Shown in pieces: positions 1-12,200 of a stretch of 64,000 bases of DNA (the stretch's first letter is position 1; the number at the start of each line of letters is the position of its first letter). The notes beneath the pieces are model-generated. The model saw only the letters and a list, made by a program, of their open reading frames with translations, had not been told where the DNA came from and made no database searches. Origin of the DNA: Lytechinus pictus (lineage: Eukaryota); the NCBI RefSeq assembly GCF_037042905.1, contig NC_087249.1, positions 9,922,001-9,986,000 on the forward strand. The letters are read 5' to 3'. A program made the position numbers and the translations under genes.

Positions 1-382
1 AGAGAGAGAGCCCGCGCGAATGTATGGTGTATAAGTTGCTGGAAAGCAGAAGAGATATTGTGTCCAGCACCCCCACCCCAAAATTCTCTCCCCGCTCAAG
101 ACCGGAGTGAAACCAATGATAATAATATATGAACAAAAATCCAGATTCACAATTTCAATGGGGAGTGTGTCATTCCCCTTCTCCGTTACAATTTGTCAAG
201 TGGCAGCGGCAGGGAGAACAATTTGTTTTGTTTTTTTAAGCAGAAAGCTGTGATGATAGGGGGAGAATAAAATAAATAAAACATTAACGAATAACAAGAA
301 CAAAACAACGACAAAACAATTTGTATCAGGATGAATTTCTTATCATTTAACATAGACCAACTTGGAGAAATAAGATGTTCAT

Positions 383-1101
383 GCAATTGTCGTATAATCG
401 GAGCAGATGTCGGCGGAGAAAATATCGGCGGAGCAATTGTCGCGGAGCAATTGTCGTATAATCGAAGCAATTTTCGGCGGAGCAAATATCGGCGGAGCAA
501 TTGTCGCGGAGCAATTGTCGCATAATCGGAGCAATTTTCGGCAGAGCAAATATCGGCGGAGCAATTGTCGCGGAGCAATTGTCGTATAATCGGAGCAGAT
601 GTCGGCGGAGCAATTATCGGCGGAGCAATTGTCGGCGGAGCAATTGTCGGCGGAGCAGATGTCGGTGGGGCACATGTCGGCGGAGCAATTGTCGCGGAGC
701 AATTGTCGTATAATCGGAGCAATTTTCGGCGGAGCAAATATCGGCGGAGCAATTGTCGCGGAGCAATTGTCGCATAATCGGAGCAATTTTCGGCAGAGCA
801 AATATCGGCGGAGCAATTGTCGCGGAGCAATTGTCGTATAATCGGAGCAGATGTCGGCGGAGCAATTATCGGCGGAGCAATTGTCGGCGGAGCAGATGTC
901 GGTGGAGCACATGTCGGCGGAGCAAATATCGGCGGAGCAAATATCGGCGGAGCAAGTGTCGACGGAGCACATATCGGCGGAGCAAGTGTCGACGGAGCAA
1001 CTGTCGGCGGAGCAATTGTCCGGAGCAATTGTCGGCGGAGCAACTGTCTTATTTTGCGTAGCAATTGTCGGCGGAGCAGATGTCGGCGGAGCAATTGTCG
1101 G
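383..1101. repeat. GC-rich minisatellite of ~15-bp units (GGAGCAATTGTCGGC and variants) with a ~252-bp higher-order duplication
   Basis: Dozens of direct units; the variant block GCATAATCGGAGCAATTTTCGGCAGAGC recurs at ~520 and ~772. A related single unit occurs at ~28005-28035. Confidence 0.92.
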
Positions 1102-1159
1102 GTCACCTGTGCCTGTGCTAGCAGTAGGTTGATAGTAACAATGGTAATCTGCATTAATT

Positions 1160-1174
1160 GTAATACTACTACTG

Positions 1175-1208
<34 letters not shown>

Positions 1209-1410
1209 AGCAACAACAAATATAAGTGATACAATTAATAATATCGACGATGATGATGATAATAATAACGATAATAATTATTATACGTATAATAATGATG
1301 GGGATAATAATATTAATAATGATAATAATAATAATAATGATTATAGCCATAATAATAATGATAATGATAATAATTACAATAATAATAATGGTGATAATGA
1401 TAATACAATA
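1160..1410. repeat. (TAC)n / (AAT,GAT)n trinucleotide microsatellite
   Basis: Direct reading. Confidence 0.9.
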
Positions 1411-2909
1411 CGAGCGACCCAAACAAATTTACTTCTATAACCACAAGAATAAAAACAAAAATTAAATTCCCAAGAAATACCACCGAATATGTTCATATCT
1501 ACCACTGATTAAGAAATTCAACCAGTGAACGTACTCGGTAAACTATTACACCTTCTTCGCATTAAGGTCATGTATTTTTCAATTTTTTTAGTAATAAAAT
1601 ATGGTGGCTTCCATATATAATTGATATGCAATGAGACTTGTGCAATCCCCCAAAATGATTAGTCAAAGAGACCAGGCTGCTGGGAGATTCAATTCAATTT
1701 ATTTATTCATTTATTTCAGATGTAACAATATAAAATGTATAAAGGTTAGAAAAAGGGTAGCACCTCCAAAAGCTTACGCTTGTCGAGCAAGGCACTCTCT
1801 TATACAAAGAACAGCAAGAAAAGAAAATATCAATATAACATAAATAAGATAATTACATTGAACATAGACACATGAGACATTTATAACCATGATAAATGAA
1901 ATGAAATGCATACGTTAATTGATTCTGCACCAATCAATGTGTCTTGCCGATAAAAATGGTCAGTTTCATCCAAAATTCTGGTCGCTTTTAACCAATAAAC
2001 CTGTTGAAAATTGACATTATTCACTAACACATTCGCTATTTCGGCGTCTCCTTTTTAAGAGTTTAGGTTTATTTCTTAAAGATGGGTTCATATCCTTTTT
2101 TAAACAAGCAGTTTTGCAAATATTTCTAAAAATAATGATATAAATGATAGCTACGTTTATGTTGATGTCCCTAAAACCAGTTGATCCTGTATTAGTCGTG
2201 ATTGGTGCAGTGAAAGTTCATTCTTATCATAAAAAAATATTAGCATGAGACATTTAACTAACTGCTATATATTTTTCATGACTACTGACCGGCGAAAATA
2301 TAGAATATTATATTAAGTGTAATACTTTGCGCATTAATGTTATGGAAGTCATCACTTGAAAAAAAAAAAAAAAGCATAGAGTAAAAAAAAAAACTGTCTG
2401 TAAGGTCAAACAAACTCAATAGCCCTTGAGACGGAAATCAATTCATATTTTGTAGTTATTCTTCTGGAGTCTTTTGTTAAAAGACTTTAGACAGGTTTTC
2501 TCGTTCTCATTAGGCCCCCATTCCACAGAGGGGAGACCTTTGAAGGAACTTTCAAAGACCAAAAATTGGCAAGATCTTCCAGCAGTTTCCAAGATCACTG
2601 AAATTTGTCATGTCTGTGGAATGGCTCAGAAAGACCCCTCAAAGAACTCTAAAAGACTGATGGATATTTCTTGTCTTACTGGTCTTAGACTAGTCCTATA
2701 GAGATCTTTCAATGGTCTTTTAGAGATCGTTTATGCAACAAGTAATCTTTCAGAATTCTTTCCATGGACTTTGCCTGGTCTTTCAATGATATTTGAATGA
2801 TCTTTCAATGATCTCCGCAAAAATCTTGAGAGACTGTCGAAAGATCATGGAAAGACTAATAAGCTGTCAGGCTGTATAGGCTCGATAACATTTATTTTTG
2901 TTGAATGGT

Positions 2910-3209
2910 CCCTACTTGAAATAACACAGTGTCACACTATGTGATCACATAGTGGACTATGTGAAAATATTATTCACACTGTTATAATGCTCAAATTCAA
3001 CAGTGTGAAGATATTTTCATACCCCACGGTGAACACCTCGACAGTGTGACTGTTCACAGCGCGTTCACTTTGTAGACTATCGATCTTATTGTGGTTCACA
3101 ATGTTGAAAAGCTACAATTTAACAGTGTGAAGTTGATTTCACATTGTGTTCAACAATGTGAACAAACTGTGGCCAGACACTGTGAGATATTGTGTTCTTT
3201 CCAGAAGGG
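2910..3209. mobile_element. Non-autonomous TIR element with CCCTAC termini and many CACA(G/C)TGTG subrepeats; inverted copy at ~26260-26540
   Basis: CCCTACTTGAAATAACACA at the left matches TGTGTTCTTTCCAGAAGGG at the right; internal CACCTCGACAGTGTGACTGTTCACAGC is reverse-complemented near 26395-26422. Superfamily (CACTA-like?) uncertain. Confidence 0.6.
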
Positions 3210-3266
3210 CGACGAAATAACATAAGGTGAAAATGTATATCCTTTATGTAAACCATCTCTTATCAG

Positions 3267-6200
3267 ATTATTTTTGAAGGTGTACGAGGCGAATCATACG
3301 AGGGCGATATGGCGATAGACGATCTTGATTTTACGAGAGGAGACCAATGCCCAGGACAACGTAAGTACTGTGAATTCTATTGGTTTTAGTGGCGTATCTT
3401 GAGTAGAGCAAGGGGCTTGTTCCCCAGGTTCCACTTAAAATGTGGGGCCGCGGAAGGGGGGAGACAAAAGTAAAGATCTAGAACTAGACTTACTGCACTA
3501 AAATTGCCCTCGTAGCTGTTCGAACGTTGCACCTTTGATTTATTTTGAATAGGTTTAAATAATGCAAATTCATCCAATTATCAGCTCGTCTAGGCCCCGA
3601 CTATCATTTTGTCTTACCATCAGTTCATCCACTATTCACAGAGTTTGATTGCCATTTCGTCCACTCAACATTTCGTCTAATTGGACTATCGGCTAACTGA
3701 CCAGTTAGTCCAATAGCCATTTAGTCCATATACCAGTTGGTCTAATTTGACTAGAGCTAGGCTTAAGTGTTAATTGGGCTCAATGAAAAGAAAATAGGTA
3801 TTAGACCTACTGGTTATGAGCCGAAAGGGTCATAGACAAACTGGTGATAAGACGAAGTGATTATTTCACCAAATGCTTATTGGACCAAAAGGTTTTTAGA
3901 CGAAATGTAACTGAAGGGAATGGCATTTGACTAAATAAAGGTCGACCATGTGATGATTGGATGAGTTGGCAACAGACGAATTTATCGCACCTTTGAACCT
4001 GTCTTTGTCCCGTACAGACAAGCCCCCGTCAGGTGACCAGCAAGGGACGTGCGATTTCGAGGAAGTGGAACTTTGCCTCTACACACAGAACCAGGATGAT
4101 GACGCCGACTGGATCTGGCAGAACAGGGCCAGTCCGTATGTAAATGCTGGACCTCTCTATGACCATACCAGTAATGATGAGTTTGGTGAGTTCAAAACTC
4201 CATTATACATGATAAAGGCCACTGGACCACGATTCGATGTTGAAACAATTTTTATTTGAGCTTCAAATTAATCATAAAGATACTAGAAGCAAGTTAACAG
4301 TTTTGGATGATTTTCTAGGTGTTGATCTACATCTACCACACTCCTCCCAGGTGTGGTTAATTGGGTTTCCTCGAAATGCCAAAAAGGCGCCTTATTGCCA
4401 GCTATGCTTAATACCGGGCTAATATTGATTGCAAGCCTTAGCGACATTGAAGGCGTTATAATTATGAATGTTGCACTGTTGTCTCTCGCTTTCTTTCTCG
4501 GTAGGATTCTATCTCTTCCTGTACGGTGACGTTGGACACCGGGTCACCGCAAGGATAACATCTCCTATTGTACCATTGCAGTCCTCACACACCTGTCTTC
4601 AGTTCTGGTGGTATCTCTACGGGTTAGACGACGAGTCACTCAACGTTTATTGTGTCCAAGACGGAGGGCAAATGGGTGATCCTCTGATTAGCATGTCTGG
4701 TGATTACGGTCCTTACTGGAGGAGGAGTCGCCATGAGATCCCGCCAGAACTTACTCCATGTCGGGTAAGGATTTTCAGATAGGTCTCTGTCCGCTTAAAA
4801 TCGCACCATTGCTTACCGCAACTGGGCGGTTCCTGTACAAAGCGTAAAGGCCACCGCACACCTTACGGCTGGTCCACGATCCGATTTTGGAACAAATTGC
4901 ATTTAGCTCATTTTCTGAAAATGTGAATGAATAAAATGTTTTTATTCGAGGTTCAAATTTACCGTAAGGATACTAACATAACTATTTGGATGAATGCACG
5001 ACTATATTTTGGATTATTCGTCAATTGGTTTTAAATCGTAGCCAATCTTACGATAGCCTCTTGTCGAGGCCCTGTCGGCTGCTTTCCAAGCAAACATGGC
5101 TAAGCAAGGGAGAGAGCGAAGCAGAGCGCCGCGAGACAGGGCCTCTTGACATCTGACCCGAATTTCACCGACTTTCTTTTGTTTTTTATTGTTTTTAACA
5201 ATATACCGACCAAGAACTGGTCGGTGAAAATCATACATTGAGAGCGCGGGCCGCTATGACGTCATATTGAATATTCATGAGCTCATCTTGAATGGCGACC
5301 CGTGGATTCTTGGCGAAGAGTGACGACGAAATATCAAAGAGCATTGAATATGCCTCTAAAATACTGAATATTGACCGATTTAAGGATTTGCAAGTCGATG
5401 AAATTAAATCTGCACTGAAAGGACGAGATATTTTTGTAAATCTACCCACAGGATATGGAAAAAATGTAATATTTCATGCGATTCCACTATGCGTCGATTA
5501 TCGTGCGGTGTGCGGTGAGGTAATGCTGGAGTGGAGCTTCCCCTTGACTCGAGTCTGACCAGCGGCTGACCAGCATCTCCCGTCAAGTTTCGGGGCGGTG
5601 ATGGGTCTGTTACGGCCAGTACTAGTAGTAGCAGTACCACCACTTGTAGCATTTTGCTGGTTATATCCCCTTTAGTGTCCCGCAATTAAATGAATCCCTG
5701 CAGAATAGTGGACTACTATAGACTAGTATTCCGAACCCCGGACGAAACAGCTTTGACATTTCATTGGTTTACTAGGTGACCGGTAATCTCATGACTCATG
5801 TATATTCATTAGGAAGACGTTCCTCATGAATATATAATTCAGCTCAGATGTCAAGAGGCTCTGGCTCGCGCCAGGCATAATTCGCTTCGCGAATTAGGAA
5901 ATCCCTCGCTTCGCTCGGGAAGCAGCAGCCAGGGCCTCGGCAAGAGGCTAATCTTACGATTGATATGACGTCATTACGTCTAGATATTAAATTCGCTTTT
6001 TATTATAATAAGGATGATAGCATATTTGAACATAATGTATTCGTACGATGATTTTAAACATTACACAGTAAGATATGTCTCAATATCAACATCAAATTCT
6101 ACGGTATTCTACTACGTGTTATTTCAAAATCGGGTCGCAGACCAATCGTAAGGTGTGCGGTGGCCTTAAGGGGGATCAGAGGGAAAGAAAAACGTTAATG

Positions 6201-9200
6201 CATATCTTAGAATTACAGATGACTGAAAAACAATGCTCACATTGCGCGGTGGTACATGTAGGCCTATATATTTTATCTGGAATGACACATTCCATTCAAC
6301 GACAACCACGCCATCACCAATGTAAGAGTGAAAACCAGTCTTGTTTTTATTGCTAATAACTATTCTAATTGAACAATGTGCACTTTGTCATAATCATAAT
6401 TCAGCTTAGAGCCGTTTTTTATGTAATATACTATCGACTCAAGAAATACCGTGAGTGCATGGAGCTATTAGCTCTATGGTGAGTGGTGTTAAAAGAAGAA
6501 TGACTAAGTACTGTCGCTTTGAATAATTATACTATTTCTAGGTTGCAGAAGAATGTTTTGAAGGTTCGAATCATCTGCAATACGGGAACATGTAAAACGC
6601 TGATGTGACGTGGTTCCCCTGTGTTCATCTCGATCGAATCGCATATTCACGCACTTTTAGATAGAGTCGCTTTTAAACGGAACTCAAAGAATTAAACGAA
6701 AACTATATAGCGACATTACTGATCGGTTGAAAATCATGTTAGGCTTGATTTAGGAGTTTTGTGTGATTACAACTCTTCATGCAACGGGTCCCTGTTATAT
6801 CTTTTAGTTAGTCTTTGAAGGAACGACTGGCATTCACAATCGAGACGAGATTGCAATCGACGATGTTGATGTTTATCAAAGCCAACAGTGCCCACAAGGT
6901 AAGATCAGCCAGTTCTTGTTTTTAGACATTTAGTAGGTTTTGGTTACAACAAAGAGAAAAGTGAGGAGTGTGGGAGAGAGAAGATTGTTTGCTGGGTGTG
7001 GGTGTGTGTGTGTGTGTGTGGGAAAGAGAGAGAGGAAGAGAAGAGAGAAAGACAGATAAAGAAAAGTGACGAGCCCAAAAAGAGAAAGGTTCTTCGAGAT
7101 CATTGAATGATAATGACACACACACACCACACCCACATACGCACACCAAGACTCATTAACACACACATGCGCACCCCCCCACATACTCGCTTACATGCCT
7201 ACACAATCATACATAGTGAGTGAGATACAGGGACCATCAAAGACAATAACCCGACCGAATAGAGTCGAACACAACATATTCATATTGTGATGATGACAGA
7301 GATGATAATGATGATGTTTTGTCACCAGATTGTCCAGTAGGTACGCCCAAGGTATCAAATACCATGATAATTATTTTGGATAATGTTGAAGAAATGGAAG
7401 AAAAGTGTGAAATAGATGAAAGAATCAAAGGAATATTAATTAGTAAGAGGTCTAAGAAAACAACCTTCCTTTTGTTAATTCCCATTGCACTCAGATCCGT
7501 ATTTTATTAACCCAACAACTACTCCGCCTACTACCAACAGTGTTAACTGTGATTTCGAGAACACCAATGACGCCTTGTGTTCTTGGACCCAGGGGATACA
7601 AGATGGGTTCGATTGGGTCCTCAACAGCGGTCCTACCGAGGATTACAATAGTGGCCCGGATGTAGACCACACTCTGCAAACCGATCAAGGTAATCCCTTT
7701 CTTCTTTTTCCTAACGCGCATTGAGACCTTTGTAAGGTGTAATGTGCAATACAAAAACTGTTCTATTATTATTATTATTATCCCTCTAAAACAGAATGCC
7801 ATCTTTGAAAGTATTCAAAAGTTTGTTAAATAATTGGTCGAACAAGATCGTCCCCTTGACCTTCATGAGATTTTTATCGTCGGTTAAATCAATCTGGATG
7901 AATGTCCGACCTTCGCTTTTCTCCATCGTTGCATCACCCCGCGAGCTGTCCAAGACATATTTTTATTACAACCTTCTATACGATAGGCCTATAGAAAATA
8001 GTGACAAATTTAATACCCCAGGACAGTCTCACATAGGGGGATTAAACATACGTCCATCATAATATGAAATTACCATCTTCAAAACTAGTTAAATGTGGTA
8101 TTGGTTTAAAAAGATCGTCACCCTGTATTGGTTGGTGGTGATTTTTTACCTGATTGCTAAGAAAGCATGAATGCTTGTAAGCAAGCAACCAGAGGACCGA
8201 CGGCTTAAGGTCCTCTCCGAAGGACCTGGTTCCGAGGATTAATGCCTTACCAAAGGGCACTAGCGCACCAAGTGGGAATCGAACCCGGGTCACCGGAATA
8301 CGAATCCCCCGCTCTCCCGACTGAGCTATCGCGCCTCCTACTGTATTGCTGAATTTTGTATGAATATGAATTATAAGTATATTTTATATGAAAATGGATG
8401 AAATGTCATTCGGAAGAAAATAAATGTTTAATCGACTTGAATTTAATGTAATTGAATTAACTTTTTGTGAGGGAACTAATAGCTCATAGCCACAGTCCCT
8501 ATATTTTTTAATTCTGAATAATTTGAAATTGGAATATATTTGTCCCTTTTCTCTCTTTTCCCGTGTCTCTTTTATGTCTTTACCACTTGTTGAGAAGGTA
8601 GAAAGGGGTGGAAATTAAAGGTTTAGGATTCTATACACGTTGTAGTTTGCATTTTGAGTAAAAAAAAAGATAGAAATATCTTTCTGTTTTCCTTCCTTCT
8701 TCTTCTGCTCCTCAATTATCCCAGAAATTCTTCGTTTTGCTATTCTCTCTCTTCTTAATCTTAATCATCCTTCGTGTTCTTCTTTTACGACATTTTGTTT
8801 CTGTAAAGTCTGGTAGGATCAAGAGATTTGATTCCAAAGCAGTCATTGCGGGATCATGAGCTGTTGCAATTGAGAAGAATTCTGCGCTACAATACAAATG
8901 TTTTCAGATCCTTCACAGAATATCTCACTAGAGCCTATATATTTTTAACGATAATCCTTTCTTTCCCCTGGAAGGACACTACATGTTGGTGAATTCATAC
9001 GAGGACATTCCCAGAAATACCAGAGCAGTGTTGGGGTCGCCTTTAATCGCACCCTCTACGAACAACCGTTGTTTCAAATTATGGTACTACATGAGCGGCT
9101 ACAACTCGGACTTCTTGAATGTGTTCATCTTACCCTACGGCTACGTCCTACCCATGGATCCTAATTTGCAGATCTACGGCAACAGCGGTCCTCAGTGGCT

Positions 9201-12200
9201 CCAGGCCCAGTTGACAGTACCGTCATCTACAAGGAGTTTCTATGTGAGCTTTTTTTTTCGTTGTAGATCACATCTTTCTCTGTACTTATAAGAAGATCAC
9301 TCAAGTATTCATCCATCTCTGTTCTAACTATTACATTCTCATGCCCTACGGGAGGGCCCTAAGGTTGAAATCACCTAAAGATAACAGGCTTATCATTAAA
9401 CATGATCATAATAGAGCTGCTTTTGCTATGGCGTCTCGAGATTTACTTCAGTTGTTTGATATACAGTTTGGTAATGGCCAAGAAAAATTCAACTTACATA
9501 CGAAAGGCAATCTTCATCAACTGTTATTTTTTCCTTCCAAGTTCACGTCTGAAATGTCATGTGAGGAATATACCTTGTACCTTGTAGTCGTTTACCCCGA
9601 AGTCCTCCGCCAGGAAGTGTTACTCTGGGCTGACGAGAGTGGTGGTTTTATTTATGATTTGGGGGTTTCGGAGTTTGGGAGGGCCCAAGAAGTTTGATTT
9701 TGATGGTTTCAGAGCTTTTTGAAGCGACAAATTCTTTTATGAGATTGTCCCAATGGGTGATTGTTTCGGGGAAGAAGGGGTTTGCTAATTGTGTTGTCGA
9801 TATGAAGGTAAAGTTTACCTTGACTTGTTCATTGTGAGTCCTATTCAATCGTGTTTTTTTTTTCTTTGAGGCGTACTATATTTATGTGAGTGCATTATTT
9901 TGAACAAATGTATACAACCAGCTACGATATCGTCTCTATGGCCTTCTGCCTTTGAATATCCAAATCGATGGTAGATTTTTTGATAAACAGGTAGAAATAT
10001 TTCTGAGGTATTAAAATAACTAAAATAGACCCTCTACCATCCAATTGTTCTTGAAAGTACGTTAGATGTAATTTTAATGTGCACTGAATCTGTGACTAGA
10101 GTGGGCATTAACAATGTGCCTACTTAGGGTCAGCAGCAAAAAGGTTGTCGCTCGTCACTATCTAAAACACATAAAAATATGATTAACTCACAAAGTTTTT
10201 TTTTAAAGTATGTTGAGTGAAAATTTAGGTGATGATAAATGAAGATATATTTATTTTCTCCCTCAGATTGTAGTCGAAGGAACAGTTGGCGATTCAGTAT
10301 ATGCTGCTGATATTGCAGTCGATGATTTCTCGATGACTACTGGTAGCTGCACAGGTAAACTTGTATTGTCTCAAAAAGATGACTATGTCCAAAATAATTT
10401 TTTCTCACCACGTTTAGGGGTCCGTTTCATTATGACTTACAACTATTGTAACTTTGTAATTATTGTAACTACATGTACCACGGAAAACCTTGATTGTGCC
10501 AGAACAGAAAGTTACTCACAATAATTGCTAGTCTCTATGCAACGGGTCCAGTCATGTCGTTGGCGTTGTTTAATATCCCACCGCTGCCACAGAAACAATT
10601 AACATAGAGTTCACACGTTTCTGGAATGGCGTTGCGATAAGTTTATTAACCATAACCGAGACAATCATGTTAACACTTTGTATAGACACAGTGGCCCGTA
10701 TTCTTAACTCGAGTTTGATATAAAAAAAACTCTGGTCGGAAGTGGTGGTTTTAAGTATGGATAGCCAATTATGGCACAAATCTCTGACAGTATACAGGAT
10801 CAATTTACCAGCTAACTTCTCCCTTAGATAATTCATAATTATTTTCAAATAACTAAAATCGTTTAATTCATCATATAACCAGGGAGAAAAACCGCGATAA
10901 ACATGATAAATACTAGTATACGATTTCGGTTTAGGCAAGAGTGGGTAGTTCGAGGTCCTTTAAATTTTTATACCCTTTGTACCCGCCACTTATCTTTACA
11001 GCAACATCGGATCCCCTGTATCCTTTTGTCGCAAACTGTGATTTTGAAGATGGTATGTGCGGTTACACGCAGCCCAACGAGGATTATGAGAATGACGACG
11101 AGTTTGACTGGTTCCTGAATTCCGGTCCAACAGGAACAGACGGTTCGGGGCCCAATGCTGACCATACCAAAGGGACAGCTGACGGTTAGTCGCTCTTCAG
11201 CGTTTTCAATGCAAATTACCGATTTAGGAATATACATATGTTCCAAAACCTAACAAGTATGATGTTACAGGCCTACTTTTAAACACAATGACCTTACAAG
11301 GCTTCCGTAAAAATTCCGTTTTGTGGTACCCCTGAAAATATCTAGGCCTGTGTTTTCCGTTTCTTTTCGTAAAGGCACAAATGCCGAATTTAGAAAATTC
11401 ATGTCGTCCTTATGGGAGCGCTTTTGGCACCTTCTATTTCGAGGTGGATACCATGGATACGGGCGGTATACAATTATACTATAATATCATGATTACCCAA
11501 GTACTTCAACTATAACGTAAATTAGGAATTAGTCCTAAGATTCGTATGCCAGTTATGGTTAACCAATATTTATCAAATTTTCTGTATGTAGTTCACTCGA
11601 TAGATGATAGTACATTGAGATATTTACAAGTTTGTGCACGTAGACAAGAGTGACTTAAACAGTGGGATCCTCTATAGTAACAGCAGGTCACAACTCGTCT
11701 CTAGAATTCTTCAACAAAGTTACCGTACATATTGATTCATTCATTCACTTCCGGTGCAGGTCATTACCTGTACGTAGAAGCTTCTCAGCCTCGTCGACCA
11801 GGCGATCGAGCTCGGATCATCTCCCCGCCCATCACCTATTTCAATGACAGTTACTGTCTGCAGTTTTTCTACCACATGAGCGGGGATGACACCGCTTCTC
11901 TTTCGGTGGTGCATCGCGGCGACTATTATCCGGATGAAGAGATTGCTCGCCTCACCGGACCGGATGGGAACAAATGGCAACCGTACAACGTTGATGTTAG
12001 TGTCAAGTACGGACCAGTCGAAGTAAGTTGATGCAAATGGCCATGATCAAAACTTCTTTGGTGCTTAACCCGGATGCAACATATTGTTTAAGTAGATTTA
12101 TGTCTGCTATAATAATAAACAAGTTTCTTTACAGTACAGCATTTCTATCATAAATTATTTGCAACAAAAAATAGGCAACGCGCGGTCTTCAATAAAGATC

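Larger units (their letters stand above)
4848..6166. mobile_element. PIF/Harbinger-like non-autonomous element (host of the nested AcademH-like insert)
   Basis: TIR AGGCCACCGCACACCTTACG ... CGTAAGGTGTGCGGTGGCCT; TAA on both flanks (4845-4847, 6167-6169). Confidence 0.8.

Noticed and set aside
383..1101. CRISPR-like array
   Set aside because: Contiguous tandem units with no unique spacers, no cas genes, and a eukaryotic context.
186..1465. Long ORFs (322, 347 and 207 aa) with TIAPP / NCSADIC / SNCRR repeats
   Set aside because: Translations of a stop-poor minisatellite plus microsatellite, open in several frames on both strands.
5292..5558. Host RecQ/WRN/BLM gene exon
   Set aside because: Enclosed by TIRs and a 9-bp TSD, truncated, with no further helicase exons nearby.
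8265..8338. Functional tRNA genes at 8265-8338, 12583-12630, 15555-15625 and 45607-45679
   Set aside because: Acceptor stems do not pair, there is no terminator, and each runs into a SINE body (one with a TSD).
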